The notes below the pieces were generated by a model. That model saw only the letters and a list, made by a program, of their open reading frames with translations. It was not told the origin of the DNA and did no database searches. A program made the position numbers and the translations under genes. DNA of 64,000 bases, taken from assembly GCF_009914755.1 (NCBI RefSeq), contig NC_060926.1; one strand, given 5' to 3'. Shown here in pieces: positions 1 through 13,948 of this stretch. Position 1 is the first letter of the stretch. Each line of letters starts with the position of its first letter. This stretch comes from the human T2T-CHM13v2.0 reference genome, Homo sapiens.

Positions 1-3000
1 CCACTGATCCACCAGGCACATTGTTACTATAACCAAAAAAAATACACAAAGGAATAAAAGTCACAGGTTTTATAAAGCAATTACACAAAGAAGAAGGATA
101 AAGAAATTAAATGACAACATGACAGAACTCTACCAAACTAGAAATAAAATAGGGAAATAAACAAAGAATTTACAAAATAACTAGATAATTAACATTATGA
201 CAGGAATAAAACCTCATGTATCAATATTAACCTTGAAGGTAAATAGATTAAATGCTCCATTTTAAAAAAAAAGATATAAATTGGCAGAAGGGATTTTTTA
301 AAAATTGATCAAACAGTATGCTGCTTACAAGACACTCACCTTACTGGGAAAGACACTTATAGACTGAAGGTAAAGAAATGGAAAAACATATTTCACCCAA
401 ACAGAATCAGAAGTGAGCAAAAGTAACTATACTTACGTCAGATGAACAGACTTTAAATAGAAAATAGTAAAAAAAAAGAAGGTTATTATATAATGATAAA
501 GGGATCAATTCAATAGAGGCTGTAACAATCCTAAATATATAGGTACCCAACAGTGGACCACCAAGATTTATAAAACAAATATTACAAGACCTACAGAAGG
601 AGATTATAATAAAATGACAGTTGAGGACTTCAACACTCTACTCACAGCACTAGACAGATCATCAAAATAGAAAATCAACAAAGAAACACTGAAATTATAT
701 TGAACTTTAGATGAAATAGATGTAACAGATACAGAACATTCTATTTAACAACTGCAGAATATACACCCTTCTCATCAATACATGGAGCATTATCCAAGAC
801 AGATCTTATGTTAGGCCATAAAATAAGTCTTAATACATTTTTAAAATTGAAATCATATCAAGTATCTTGTCTTACCACAACAAATAAAACTAGAATCAAT
901 CTCAAGAGAAACTCTCAAAACTATACAAACACGTGGAAATTCAACAACATGTTCCTGAAGAATCTTTGAGTTAATGATGATATTAAGATGGAAATTTAAG
1001 AAACGTTTAAAACACATCAAAAGGAAGACACAAAAAAAAACCTCTTGGGTATAGCAAAACCTGGACTAAAAAGTAATTTTATAGTGTTAACTGCTTACAT
1101 CAAAAACAGATAAAGATTACAAATTAACAACCTAATGTGATACTTCAAGGAATTAGGATAAGAAGAACAAATCAAACCCAAAGCTAGCAGAAGAAAAAAA
1201 AAATAACAAAGATCAAAGCAGAACTAAATGTGATTGAGACAAAAAAATACAAAGAATTGGCAAAATGAAAAATTGGTTCCCTGAAAAAATAAACAAATTG
1301 ATAAACCACTAGCTAGACTGACCAAGAAAAAGGGAGGGATGAAAATAAACATTATCAGAAATGAAAAAGAAGGTATTAAATGTGATACCACAAAAATGAA
1401 AAGATTGTCAGATACTACTATGAAAATCTATGTGCTCACACACTGGAAAACCTAGAGGAAATGGATAAATTTATGGAAAAATAGAATATCTTGAGATTTA
1501 ACCAGGAAGAAATTAAAATTCTGAACAGACAGTAACAAGTAGTGTTATTGGATCAGTAGTAAAAACAATCTCCCTAAAACAACAAAAAAGCCTAGGATCA
1601 GATGAATTCACTGTCACATTCCACAAAACTTACAAAGAAGAACTGGTACCAATCCTCCTGAAACAACTCTTCCAAAAAATCAAGGGTAAGGGAATGTTTC
1701 CTAAGTCATTCTATGAAGCCAGTATCAACTTGATAGCAGAGCCAAAGACAGAATAACAGTAAAAAATATTTCAGACCAATATTCCTGATAAACATAGATG
1801 CAAACATTCTCAACAAAATACTAGCAAACGGAATCCAATAGCATATCGAAAGGATAATAGGCCATGAACAAGAGGGTTTTATTGTATGGATGCAAGGATG
1901 GTTCAAAATATAAAATTAATAAATGTGATTCATCACATAAACAGAATTAGGTTCAAAACCATATTATTGTCTATTTCAATAGATGCAGAACAAATTTTTT
2001 TATAATATCCAGCATCTCTTCATGATAAAAACCCTCAACAAACTAGGCATAGAAGTTTATAGTGTAGTTTATACTGTTAAATGCCTACATCAGAAATATA
2101 GAAGGACCACAAATTAATAACCTAATGTGATACCTCAAGGAACTAGAATAACAAGAACAAACCAAACCCAAAGCCAGCAGAAGAAAAAAAAGACAAAAGA
2201 AGAACTAAATAAGACACCCCAAAAATAAAGGCTATATATGACAAACCCACAGCCAACATCATACACAATGGGGAAAGAAAGAAATTCCCCTAAGAACTGA
2301 AACAAGACAATGGTGCCTAATTTTAACACTCCTATTCAAAATAGTCCTGGAAGTCCTAGCCAGAACAATCAGGCAAGAGAAATAAATAAAAGGCATCCAC
2401 ATTGGAAAATAGGAAGTCAAATTATCTGTGTTTTTTCATGATATGATCTTATTCCTAGAAAATCCAAGACTGCCAAAAATCTCTCAGACTTGATAAATAC
2501 AATTAAGAAGGTTGCAGGATACCAAACCAATCAACAAAAATTGGTAGCATTTTTATACACCTATAAATCTAGGTTTTATACACCTATACAACTATGAAGC
2601 TCAGAACCAAATCAAGAAGTCAATTGCATTTATGATAATTTCTAAAAAATCTGTAAATATATTTAATGAAGAGATATAAAGTTCACTGCAAGGAAAACTA
2701 CATAAATCTGATGAAAGAAATTGTAGATAATACAAACAAGAGGACAACATCCCATACTCATGGAGTGGAAGAATCAATATCATTCAAATGGCTATACTGT
2801 GCAAAGCAATCTATGGATTTATTGCAATCCCTATTAAAATACGAACATCATTAATCACAGAATTAGAAAAATAATTCCTATTGTTCATATGGAACCAAAA
2901 AAGAGTCTGAATGGCCAAAGCAACCTGAAACAAAAAGAAGAAAGCCAAAGGCATCACATCACCTGACCTCAAATTATGCTACAAGCCTATAGTAACTAAA

Positions 3001-4228
3001 ACAGCATGATATTGATATAAAAATAGATACATAGAATCAATGAAACACAATAGAGAACTCAGAAAAAAGGTCATATATCTACAGCCAACTGATCTTTGAC
3101 AAAGTGGACAAAAACATGCACTGGGGAAAGGACACCCTATTCAATAAATAATGCTGAGGAAATTGGTTTGCCACAAACAAAACAATGACACTATACCCCT
3201 ATATCTCATACATACAAAAATCAACTCAAGAAGTAGCAAAGACATAAATGCAAGACCTGAAGCTGTTAAAATACCAAAAGAAAACCTATGAAAAATTTTC
3301 ACAGACATTGGTCTGGGCAAAGAATACATGACTCAGGCGTCAAAAGATCAAATAACAAGACCAAAAATAGACAACAACAACAAAATATCCCCATTAAAAA
3401 GTGGGAAGGGGGCATGAATAACCATTTTTGAAGAAAACATACAAATGGCCAAGAAGAATATGAAAAAAAGTTCAACATCACTAATTATCAGAGAATTGCA
3501 AATTAAAACCACAATGAGATATCATCTTATACCAGAGAGAATGTGTATTATTAAAACATTTAAAAATATCAGGTGTTGGCACGGATGCAGAGAAAACAGA
3601 ATGCTAATACACTGTTGGTTAGAATGTAAATTAGTACAGCTTCTATGGAAGATAGCATGGAGATTTGTCAAGGAACCAAAAATTAACCTGCCATTGTATC
3701 CAGCAATCCAACTACTTGATAGCTACCCAAAATAAAGGAAATTATTATTTAAAAATATACATGCACTTGTATGTTCAATGCAGCACTATTTACAATAGCA
3801 AAGATTTGGAATGAATCTAAGTATCACTCAACAGATGAATGGATTTTTAAAATGTGGTATATACATGAAAAGAAATAATATTCAGCCTTAAAAAAAGGAA
3901 TGAAAATATGTCTTTATCAGCAACATGGGTGGAGCTGGAGGTCATTATCTTAAGTGAGGCAATTCAGAAACAGAAAACCACACTCTGCTTGTTCTCACCT
4001 ATAAGAGGGAGCTAAATAATGTGTATACATTGACATAGGGAGTGGAATAATAGACACTGGAGACTTGGAAGTGTGGAACGGGGATGAGGGATAAGAAATT
4101 ATGTAATGAGTACAATGTACTTTATTTGGTTGATGTTTACGCTACAAGGCCAAACTTCACCACTATGCAATATAACCATGTAACAAACTTGCACTTTTAA
4201 TCCTTAAAATTATACAATTTTTTAAAAA
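1..4228 (+). mobile_element. LINE-1, L1PB-type; degenerate ORF2 plus 3'UTR, continues left of the window
   Basis: ORF2 start ATGACAGGA at 197. ORF2 homology is continuous but frameshifted (ORF 3445-3735 [20 protein letters not shown]). 3' end 'ccaaacttcaccactatgcaatataaccatgtaacaaacttgcac' resembles L1PB. Confidence 0.9.
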
Positions 4229-4734
4229 TGAAACAATCAGGCAAGATTTTACCTCCTTACCTTCTTATTAAGCACACTTTGATGAATCTCATTCTCTAAG
4301 CATGGCTGAATTCTGATTTCAGTGTTTTATAATGAACTATTCAACAGCTATTAAATTGTCTGTGGGTGATTTTGTTCTGTTTTTATATTGTTTTTGCAAG
4401 AGGTTTAATCAAGTAACCCTGACTTGTTATCTGCCATTCCAAGGCATTATCAATCAAATGCTTTTTAAAAAGTCATCAGAAAATGGGAGTATTAAACATG
4501 CTATTCTTTTTCAATTCTCCAACTAACATGTGTTAAATATTATATATCCATAATGTGTCTCAATCTTATAGAAAGCTGCTGAATATATGTGCCCAAACTG
4601 TTGAGAAATAAATTCTTGGCCCTGCTAAATACACTTCATACTGACAAAAAAAAAAAAAAAAAGAAATTTTTCAATGCAATTTGGTAGCTACAGGGACAGC
4701 TATGCTCATGAGGCAAAGACCCCCTTTATCTACT

Positions 4735-5915
4735 TTTGTAACACCTTTATTGAGACATAATTTACATACCATAAAATTCACCATGTGTACAACAAAATGG
4801 TTTTTACCATATCGCAGAGTTGTGCAACCCTCACCACATCAATATTAGAATATTCTACTCTCCCCAAAAAGAAACAACATATTAATTTAGCCATTATACT
4901 CAATCTTTAATTCTCCTAGCCCTAGGCAACAATTAATCCTATTTCCAGTTGTATGGATATTCCTCTTCTGGGCATTTCATAAAATTAGAATCATATAATA
5001 TGCAGTCATTTCTCCTAGCCTAATGTTTTCAAGGTTCATACTTCTTGTAGTGTGTCTCAGTACTTCATTTTATGACTGACTAGTACTCCATTGACTGGAC
5101 ATATTGCATTTTGTTTATCCATTCATCAATTGATGGACATTTGGGTGGTATCCAGCTCCTGGGTATTATAAATAATGTTGCTATGAATATTCAAGTACAA
5201 GTTTTTGTGTGGACATATGTTTTTATTTCTCTTGAGTATATATTTAGGAGTGAAAGTGCTACGTCAAATGGTAACTGTACTAAACATTTTGAGTTACTTC
5301 CAGACTGTTTTCCAAAGTGTCTGAATCATTTTACATTCTGTCTAAAGTATATAGGGTTCCAACTTCTCTACATCCTTGCTAACATTATTTTCTATCATTT
5401 TGATAATAGCAATCTAGTAAGTATGAAGTCGTATCTCATTGCGGTTTGATTTGCATTTCTCTCATGACTAATGATATTGAACATCTTTTCATGTGCTTAG
5501 TGCCATTTGTACCTCTCTTTGTAGAAGTGTTCATTCTTTTGTAGAAACGACCATTTTTTAATTGGGCTTTGTGTCATCTTCTCATTGAGTTGTAAAGGTC
5601 TTTTATGTAGGCTAGATACAGGTCTCTTGTCAGTTGTTATTTGCAAATATTTTCTCCCACTTTGTGTGTTGTCTTTCCACTTTCTTGATAGTGTCTTTTC
5701 ATTCACAAAATATTTTTATTTTGATGAAGTACAATTTATTTTTTCTTTTGTTGCTTGTGCTTTTGATGTCATATCTAAGAAAACATTGCTCAATCCAAAA
5801 TTACAAAGATTTGCTCTTATGTTTATTTTAAATTTTACAGTTTTAGCTCTTATATTTAAGTCTTTGATTCACTTGATTTAATTTTCTTATAATTTGTAAG
5901 ATAGGTATCTAACTT
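4735..5915 (-). mobile_element. Old LINE-1 3' end (L1MB/L1M-like)
   Basis: Begins 'tttattgagacataatttacataccataaaattcacc'. ORF 5497-5706(-) resembles the L1 ORF2 C-terminus. Ends abruptly at Tigger1. Confidence 0.8.
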
Positions 5916-6356
5916 CATTGCATGCTACAGAGAAATCTTTTGTGAAAGGAAGAGTCAATCAATGTGACAAACTTTATTGTTGTGTTATTTTAAGAAATTA
6001 CCACAGCCATGACAACCTTCAGCAACCACCATGCTGATCAGTCTGTAACCATCAGCACTGAAGCATCACCTTCCACCAGGGTCTTTGGAAAGACTATGAC
6101 TCTCTGAAGCCTCAGATGATCATTAGCATTTTTTAGTAATAAAGTATTTTTAAATTAAGATATGTACATTGGCTTTTTACACATAATGCTATTTCATACT
6201 TTAATAGACTGCAATATAGTGTAAATATAACTTTTATATGCGCTTGAATACCAAAAATATGTAGGATTTGCTTTATTGTGATATTCACTTTATTGTGATT
6301 TTCACTTTATTGTGATCATTTATAGATGAACCAGCAATATATCTGAGGTATGTCGG
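5916..6356 (+). mobile_element. Tigger1 (TcMar-Tigger DNA transposon) 3' terminal fragment
   Basis: 'cattgcatgctacagagaaatctttt...gaagagtcaatc' and terminal 'gcaatatatctgaggtatg' match the recalled Tigger1 right end and TIR. The left part is absent. Confidence 0.88.
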
Positions 6357-7175
6357 TGCAAGATCAGAAGGAACATAATGCCCCATGGACACTTTTGCAA
6401 ATGAAAGATTTCCTTGGTGAAGAACTAGATGGCTGAGGAAATAATTTCATAAATGATCAAAACCTTAGTAATTTGATGTAATTTCCAGAAATTTCCTATT
6501 GTGAACTTACACATTCTCAATACATTGGGCAAGCTTTTAGAAAGATGCTCTTCATTGACAGCTGGTCTCGTGAAATTATACTTAATAAAAATAAATAACA
6601 ATACAGTTACAGGAAAATAAAATTATAGACCAGTATATCTAATAAAAATTTTTTGAGCTTTAGAGTCAAATTTATCTGAGAGAGAATTTTAATAGAACAC
6701 AGGAGTCACTAGCACAATGCGAGTACAGCAGGAGTTGAACAAATACCTATTTGACTGAATATAGTTGACCCAGGTTATGAATGCCGAAGAGGAGTTTCAT
6801 TCTTTCTTTATTTTTGCGAAAATCTGCAAAGAGTTGGTGGTTTGATATTCTCAAAATATATTAATTGTCCTAGAAAACCTACAAGGTAGTCAAGGGTTAG
6901 CAAGGTGACAATCTTTATTTTAGTATAAAAACTAGGACAAGCCCCAGTTGGGAGATTTTAATTAAAGCAATCTGTATCAGGATAATTAATATTTTTTTGC
7001 TTTCTTATATACACAAAAATAAGTTCAAATATTTCAAAGGTACTATTCAAATTATTATACAAAATTTTAATATCCTGAAGGTATTTATTTAATAATTTTT
7101 ATAATCACCTAATAAACTACAACTTTCCGTTACTTCCAAACATCAGGAATGAACAAAAAAACTTTCTATGCTTTT

Positions 7176-7551
<376 letters not shown>

Positions 7552-7683
7552 CTATTTAAAAATTATATTTAATTTAAACTTGCATATAAAAACACATTTT
7601 TTTTGCCACATATGCACACAAATGAGTTCCTTTATAAAGAATGACCACAGAATTGAAAAGAAAACAAAGAGGTTAAAGAGCAT

Positions 7684-8086
7684 TGCTATGGTCTGAATAT
7701 GTCCCCTAAAATTCACATTTTGGAAACTTATTTCCCAGTGTAGCAGTGTTGGAAAGCAGGGCCTTTTGAGAGGTGTTTAAGTCATGAGGGCTCCAGCCTG
7801 CTCAATGAATTAATGCCGTATAAAACGACTTGATGGAGTTTACTCCTATTTGCTCTGTTGTCTCTTCATTCATGTCAGGACAGAGTTCTTCCACTACAGA
7901 AGAGGCAGCACCTTGTTGCCTCTTGGTGCCTTGGAAACAAAGAGCAGCCCTAAACAGATAGATGAACTTGATAGCATCTTAATCTTAGCTTTCCTAACCT
8001 TCAGAACTGTGAAAAATAAACAAATTTATGTTTTTTATAAATTAGTCTCAGATATTCTGTTAAAGCAACCCAAAGTGCCTAAGACA
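7684..8086 (+). mobile_element. ERVL-MaLR solo LTR (MST family)
   Basis: Starts 'tgctatggtctgaat', ends 'ctaagaca', internal aataaa. Near-perfect 5-bp TSD agcat/aacat. Confidence 0.88.
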
Positions 8087-8531
8087 AACATATACACCTA
8101 AATCTCAGCTAGAAAACATAAACATTACAAAATTATACATTAGTTTTCAACTAACTGAGCAATCTTCCTTGCCTCTAAATTGTCACAGAACTATATAGAA
8201 TTAAGTATACTTAGAATCATTTTTCTCCTTTGGAAGATCCATAAATACAAGAAAAATATATGAGTATTCAGGACAGGTATATAAGCCTAGCATTGTGTTT
8301 ATTAGAGAACTGAAGTTAAAGAACTTTAGCAGCATATATCTTAAAAGAGACTCCCCTCCTTAAAAGTAGTTATAATATCTTCTGTAATATCATTTTAGAT
8401 TTATCATCTGCACCTGGTTGGTACCATAGTAGATCAGGTTTTAAAAATTGTTCATGTTGTGTGTTTTTGTTGTTGTTATTAACACGTATAGTAATTTAAA
8501 ATTATATACCAAACTATGTGCAGTTTAAATT

Positions 8532-8571
8532 TTGGATAATATTAAAAAATATTGGATAATATTAAAAAATA
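8532..8571. repeat. Perfect 20-bp tandem duplication
   Basis: ttggataatattaaaaaata x2. Confidence 0.95.
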
Positions 8572-9399
8572 AAATAACTGTTATTTTTTATCTAATGGAC
8601 ATTTATGCTATTGTAAGCAGGCAATTCTCTTGCTGGTAATTGAAATGCAACTCTGCTTCTTGAGTGTAAGTTATCACAAATCAGATATTTTTTTCCCCAG
8701 TGAGTTGAATTGAGAACCCTCTGTTTGCACTTTCAACTCTAGAATTGCCATACTTTCTTCAATGGGCATACATGGCCTATCTTTAGTTTCCTAGATCTCC
8801 CAGGCAGAGAGATTATTTTATCAACCAATATTTCCATTGCTATCACTGCTACTGCTACCTTCCCTGACAATCACATTTAGTCCAAAAAAAAAAAAGCTAC
8901 AATGATTGAGAACTTATTCACCCACCCCATATTTTCCCTCCCCTACCTATGACATCCATTTATCTCCAGAGTTCTAGTGCTCTGTTTACTCTCTTGTGCT
9001 GTCAGTCTATCACATTTTGTACTCTTGTTCAGACTTTATGGTTATTTTCTGCAAGCGGTCACCCCGTAGTGCCTAAATTTTTGATTACCATAATCTATAA
9101 GTGCAAATATGTGCCAAAAAAATTTGATAGAATGAAATTTTCCCCAAACTTGCAGGTTATCACTCATGAACTCCTCAACCACAGATAGCAATCTGTTAGG
9201 TCCATCAATCAATTTTTCAACTTATCCATTCATTATTTTAATAAAATTTAATAGAGACTTTCATATATCATTATCATCACAACATTCTCATAGAATATTA
9301 GAAAAGGAAGTCACTTCAGCAGTCATATATTATTGGTAATATATTTTTTATCAGTTCCGTCCTACTGTACAGTAAGGTAATTTCAAATTTGCTAACCCA

Positions 9400-10375
9400 T
9401 GCCCCTATGAGAAACAAATTAAGTAGTTACAGTTCATATTTATTTACAGTTTCTTTTCTCTTTAACTAAGGATAGTCCTTTACCTCCCCACTCCCTCCAG
9501 TGTGGTTGTTATTCATTTGTAATACCGTTGAGTTAATCTGTTACAGTTTCTATTTCATTATGGGTTCTCCCCAAGATAACACTTGCTTCTCTAGTTCTTT
9601 TTAATTTTATGTAAGACCAAATCTATTCCATGTGATGTAAAGTTTTACAAGTATTGGGACGTGCATATAGTCATTTGTTTGCCACCACAGACATGATATT
9701 AACAGTGTCACCGGGACAAGTTACAGTCATGATTCTCATTTGTAGTTAAGTCTTCCCTCAACACCCTTAGCCCCTGGAAACCACTGGTCAGTTTCCTGTC
9801 TTTATAGTTTTGTTTTTCAGAATGACCTAAAAATTAAATCATACAGTATGCAGTCTTTGGCACCTGACTCCTTTCACTTTATAAGGTGTATTTAAATTTC
9901 AACTATTTGGTTGCAGGAATCAACAGTCCACTCATTTTTATCATTTGGTGATACTCTATTGTGTATATATACCAAAGTTGAAGGACATCTAAGTTGTTTC
10001 CAGTTTGGGGTGATCATAAATAACATGGCTATAAATATTTACATATAGGTTTTCGAGGTAAAAAATAAAAGCTTTCATTTATCTTTCATGAATATCTAGG
10101 AATTGAATTGCTACATTATAAGTGAACACTAAACCTTATAAGAAAACACCAAAATTTTTTTCCAGTTTTATCAGCACTGTTCAAGTGTTTCTGATGTTCT
10201 GAATCTTTGTCAGTAATTGGAATTATTTTTGCCATTTTAATAAGTGTGCAATGGTGTCTTTGTGTTTTAATTTGTATTTCCCTAAAGAATAATAATACTG
10301 AACGTATTTTATCTGAATATTTACTATATGTCTATCTTCCTTGGTGAAGTGTCCTGTCAGATCTTTAGCTATGTT
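9400..10375 (-). mobile_element. Ancient LINE-1 (L1MC/L1MD-like) 3' region
   Basis: Antisense L1M 3' motifs ('cccctggaaaccactggtcagtttcctgtc', 'ggacatctaagttgtttccagtttggg'). Appears to resume at ~17851. Left edge approximate. Confidence 0.65.
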
Positions 10376-10389
10376 TTTTTAGGGGGGTA

Positions 10390-10845
10390 GGTTTTTTTTT
10401 AGAACAGTTTAAGGTTTGAAACAAAGTTGAGCAGAAAGTAGAATCTTCACATGCCCCTTTTCCACACATACTCACATCTTTCCACACATAGTCACATCTT
10501 CCTTCACCATCAACATCCTGCATCAGAGTGTTACAATAATTACAATACAAAAACCAACATTGACACATTATTAGCAACCAAAGTCTAGAGTTTACATCAG
10601 GATTCGTTCTTATTGTTGTATTTCTGTGGGTTTGGTATATGTTTGTGTGATATATATTCACCATTATAGTATCATATAGAATAGTTTCCCTGCCCTAACA
10701 ATCCACTATGCTTCAGTTATTTATTCCTCCCACTTTCATACCCCTGAAACCATATATCATTTCACTGTCTCTATAGTTTTTATTTTCCAGAATATCATAT
10801 CTTTGGAAAAATATAGTATTTAGCCCTTTTAGATTTAGTTTTTAA
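10390..10845 (-). mobile_element. L1MC-like 3'UTR fragment
   Basis: 'gaacagtttaaggtttgaaacaaagttgagcagaaagta...aaaccaacattgacacattattag' is typical of an L1MC/MD 3' end. Contains a 20-bp tandem duplication at 10459-10498. Confidence 0.7.
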
Positions 10846-11128
10846 TTGAATTTTTTTAAAAAATTATACATTCAGGGGGTACATGTGCAGGTTTGTTATA
10901 TTGATAAATTGTGTAATGGTGAGGCTTAGGCTTCTAGCGTGTTTTGCACCCAAATATTAAAAGTTGTACCCACGAGATAATTTTTCAACTCCCACCCTTG
11001 CACCCTCCCCACCTGTGGATTCTTCAGTGTCTACAACATCCATCTTTATGTCCATGAGTACCCATGTTTAGCTCTCACTTACAAGTGAGAATATGTGATA
11101 TTTGATTTCTGAGTTATTTCACTTACGG
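10846..11128 (-). mobile_element. L1PA13-16-type 3'UTR fragment
   Basis: 'ggggtacatgtgcaggtttgttata...tttagctctcacttacaagtgagaatatgtg' is an antisense older-L1PA 3' end. Confidence 0.75.
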
Positions 11129-11573
11129 TAGACTAGAGATAAAATAATGGGTTATAAGATTGTATTTGAAGCCTCATGGTAACTTCAAATAAAACAAAAC
11201 ATACAATGAGAAACACAAAAAATTAAAAGCAAGAAACTAAATTGTATCAACAGAGACAATCACTTTCACTAGAGGAAAACAGAAAGGAAAGAAACAATGA
11301 AGAGAAGACCACAAAACAACCAAAACAACAAATAACAAAATGGCAGGAGTAAGTACCTACTTATCAATAATAACATTAAATATAAATGGACTAAACTCTC
11401 CAATCAAAAGTTATAGAGTGAGTGGATTAAAAAACCAAGACCTTGTGGTTTGTTGCCTATAAGAAACACACACTTCACCTATAAAGATACACATAGACTG
11501 AAAACAAAGAAATGGAAAAAGGATTTGGTTTCCATGTCAACGGAAACAGAAAAGGAGCAGAAGTAGCTACATT

Positions 11574-12650
11574 TGTTGTGGGAAGTCAGGGACCCTGAAT
11601 GGAGGGACGGGCTGAAGCCGTGGAAGAAGAACATAAATTGTGAAGATTTCATGGACATTTATTAGTTCCCCAAATTAATACTTGTATAATTTCCTACGCC
11701 TGTCTTTACTGCAAACTCTGAATATAAATTGTGATGATTTCATGGACATTAATCACTTCCCCAATCAATACTCTTATAATTTCCTATGCGTCTTTACTTT
11801 AATCTCTTAATCCTGTCATCTTTGTAAGCTGAGGATGTATGTCACCTCATGACCCTGTGATGACTGCGTAAACTGCACAAATTGTTTGTAAAACATGTGT
11901 GTTTGAACAATATGAAATCTGGGCATCCTAAAAAAGAACAGGATAACAGCGATTTTCAGGGAACAAGGGAGATAACCATAAGATCTGACTGCCTGCAGGG
12001 CCGGGCAGAACAGAGTCATATTTCTCTTCTTGCAGAAAGTGAATAGGAGAAATATCACTGAATTCTTTTCCCAGCAAGGAATAACCCTGAGAAAGGAACT
12101 CCCAGGGGGAGTTCTCTAAATGGCTCCTCTGGGAGTGTCTGTCTGATGCAGTTGAAGATAAGGGATGAAATATGCCCTGGTCTCCTGCAGTGCCCTCAGG
12201 CTTGCTAGGATTAGGAAATTCCAGCCTGGCAAATTCTAGTCAGACTGGTTGTCTGCTCTCAAACCCTGTTTCCTGTTAACATGTTTATCAATGACAATGC
12301 GTACCCAGCAGGACATGAAACCTCATCAATAATTCTAATTTCACCCTGGCCTTGTGATCTTGCTCTGCCTCTCTGCCCTTGTGATCTTTTATTGCCCTTT
12401 CAAGCATGTGATCTTTGTGACTTACTCCCTGTTTGTACCGCTGTCCCCTTTTGAAATTCCTAACAAAAACTTGCTGGTTTTGTGGCTCAAGGGGCATCAC
12501 AGAACCTGCCAATATGTGATGTCACCCCCGGAGGCCTAGCTGTAAAATTTCTCTCTTTGTACTCTTTCTTTTTATTTCTCAGACCAGCTGACACTTAGGG
12601 AAAATAGAAAAGAACCTACATTGAAATATTGGGGGCTGGTTCCCCCGATA
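11574..12650 (+). mobile_element. MER11 solo LTR (HERV-K11/HML-8)
   Basis: Starts 'tgttgtgggaagtcagggacc', ends 'ggctggttcccccgata'. Internal ~93-bp repeat 'ataaattgtga.gatttcatggacatt'. Perfect 6-bp TSD tacatt (11568-11573 / 12651-12656). Confidence 0.93.
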
Positions 12651-13948
12651 TACATTTGTATCAGATAAAATAAATTTCAGGACAAAAACTGTAAGAAGGG
12701 ACAAAGAAGGTCATTATATAATGATAAAGGTGTAAATCTAGCAACAGTATATAAAAATTATAAATATATATGCACCCAACACTGGAGCACACAGATAAAT
12801 ATGTCAAATATGATTAGAGCTAAAGAGAGAAATAGACCTCAATTCAATAATAGCTGAAGATTCCACACCCCACTTACAACATTGGAAAGATCTCCCAGAC
12901 AGAATCTCAACAAAGAAAAATTGGAGCTTAATCTGCACTGTAGAACAAATGTACCTAATAGGTATTTACAGAATATTTTATTCAAAGGTTGCAGAATGCA
13001 CATTCTTCTCCTCATAATGTGGATCACCCAAGGGTAGACCCTATGTTACATCACAAAACAAGCCTTGAAACATTAAAATAATGGAAATAATATTAAGCAT
13101 CTTCTCTTACCATAATCAAATCGTAATCAAAACTGGAACTCAACAAGAAGAATTTTGGAAACTATATGAACACATGGAAATTAAACAATATGCTTCTAAA
13201 TAACCAGTGGGTCAATGAAAAACTTCAGAAGACAATTGAAAAATTCCCTGAAACAAATGATAATGAAAACACAACATACCAAAACCTATGGAATACAGTA
13301 AAAAACATTACTAAGAGAAACATTTATAGCTATAGTTTTCTTACATCAAAAAAGAACAAAAACTTAAAATGGATAACATAATGATGCATCTTAAATAATG
13401 AATAAAGCAGAGAAAACAAAACCTAAACTTATTAGAAGAAAATAAAGATCAGAGCAGGAATGAATGAATTCAAAATGAAGAAAACAATACAAAAGATCAA
13501 TGAAACAAAAAGTTGGTTTTCTGAAAAGATAAACATTGACAAATCTTTATCCAGAATAACAAATTAAAAAAGAGAGAATACCCAAATAAACAAAATTTGA
13601 GAGAAAAAGCAGACATTAAAACTGATCCCACAGAAATTCAAAGGATCATTAGGGGATACTGTAAGTAACTACATGCCAATAAATTGGAAAATATAGAGGA
13701 AAGTGACAAAATCCTAGACACATACAACCTACCAAGACTGAACCATGAAGAAATTCAAAACCTGAAGGGACCAATAACAAGTAACAAGATTGAAGCCATA
13801 ATAAAAAAAAAGGATCCTAATATAAAAAGCCTGGGACCCAATGGCTTCCCCACTGAGTTCTTCCAAGCATTAAAAGATGAACTAATACCAATCCTACTCA
13901 AACTATGCTGAAAAAAAAAGAGAAAAAATATTTCCAAGCTGATTCTAT

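Noticed and set aside
4646-4662. Isolated poly(A) as a processed pseudogene tail
   Set aside because: No upstream ORF or recognisable TSD. An aataaa lies ~35 nt upstream, but that is expected by chance in AT-rich DNA.
11628-11800. CRISPR-like or novel direct repeat
   Set aside because: It is the intrinsic two-copy repeat of the MER11 LTR, with no repeat-spacer structure.
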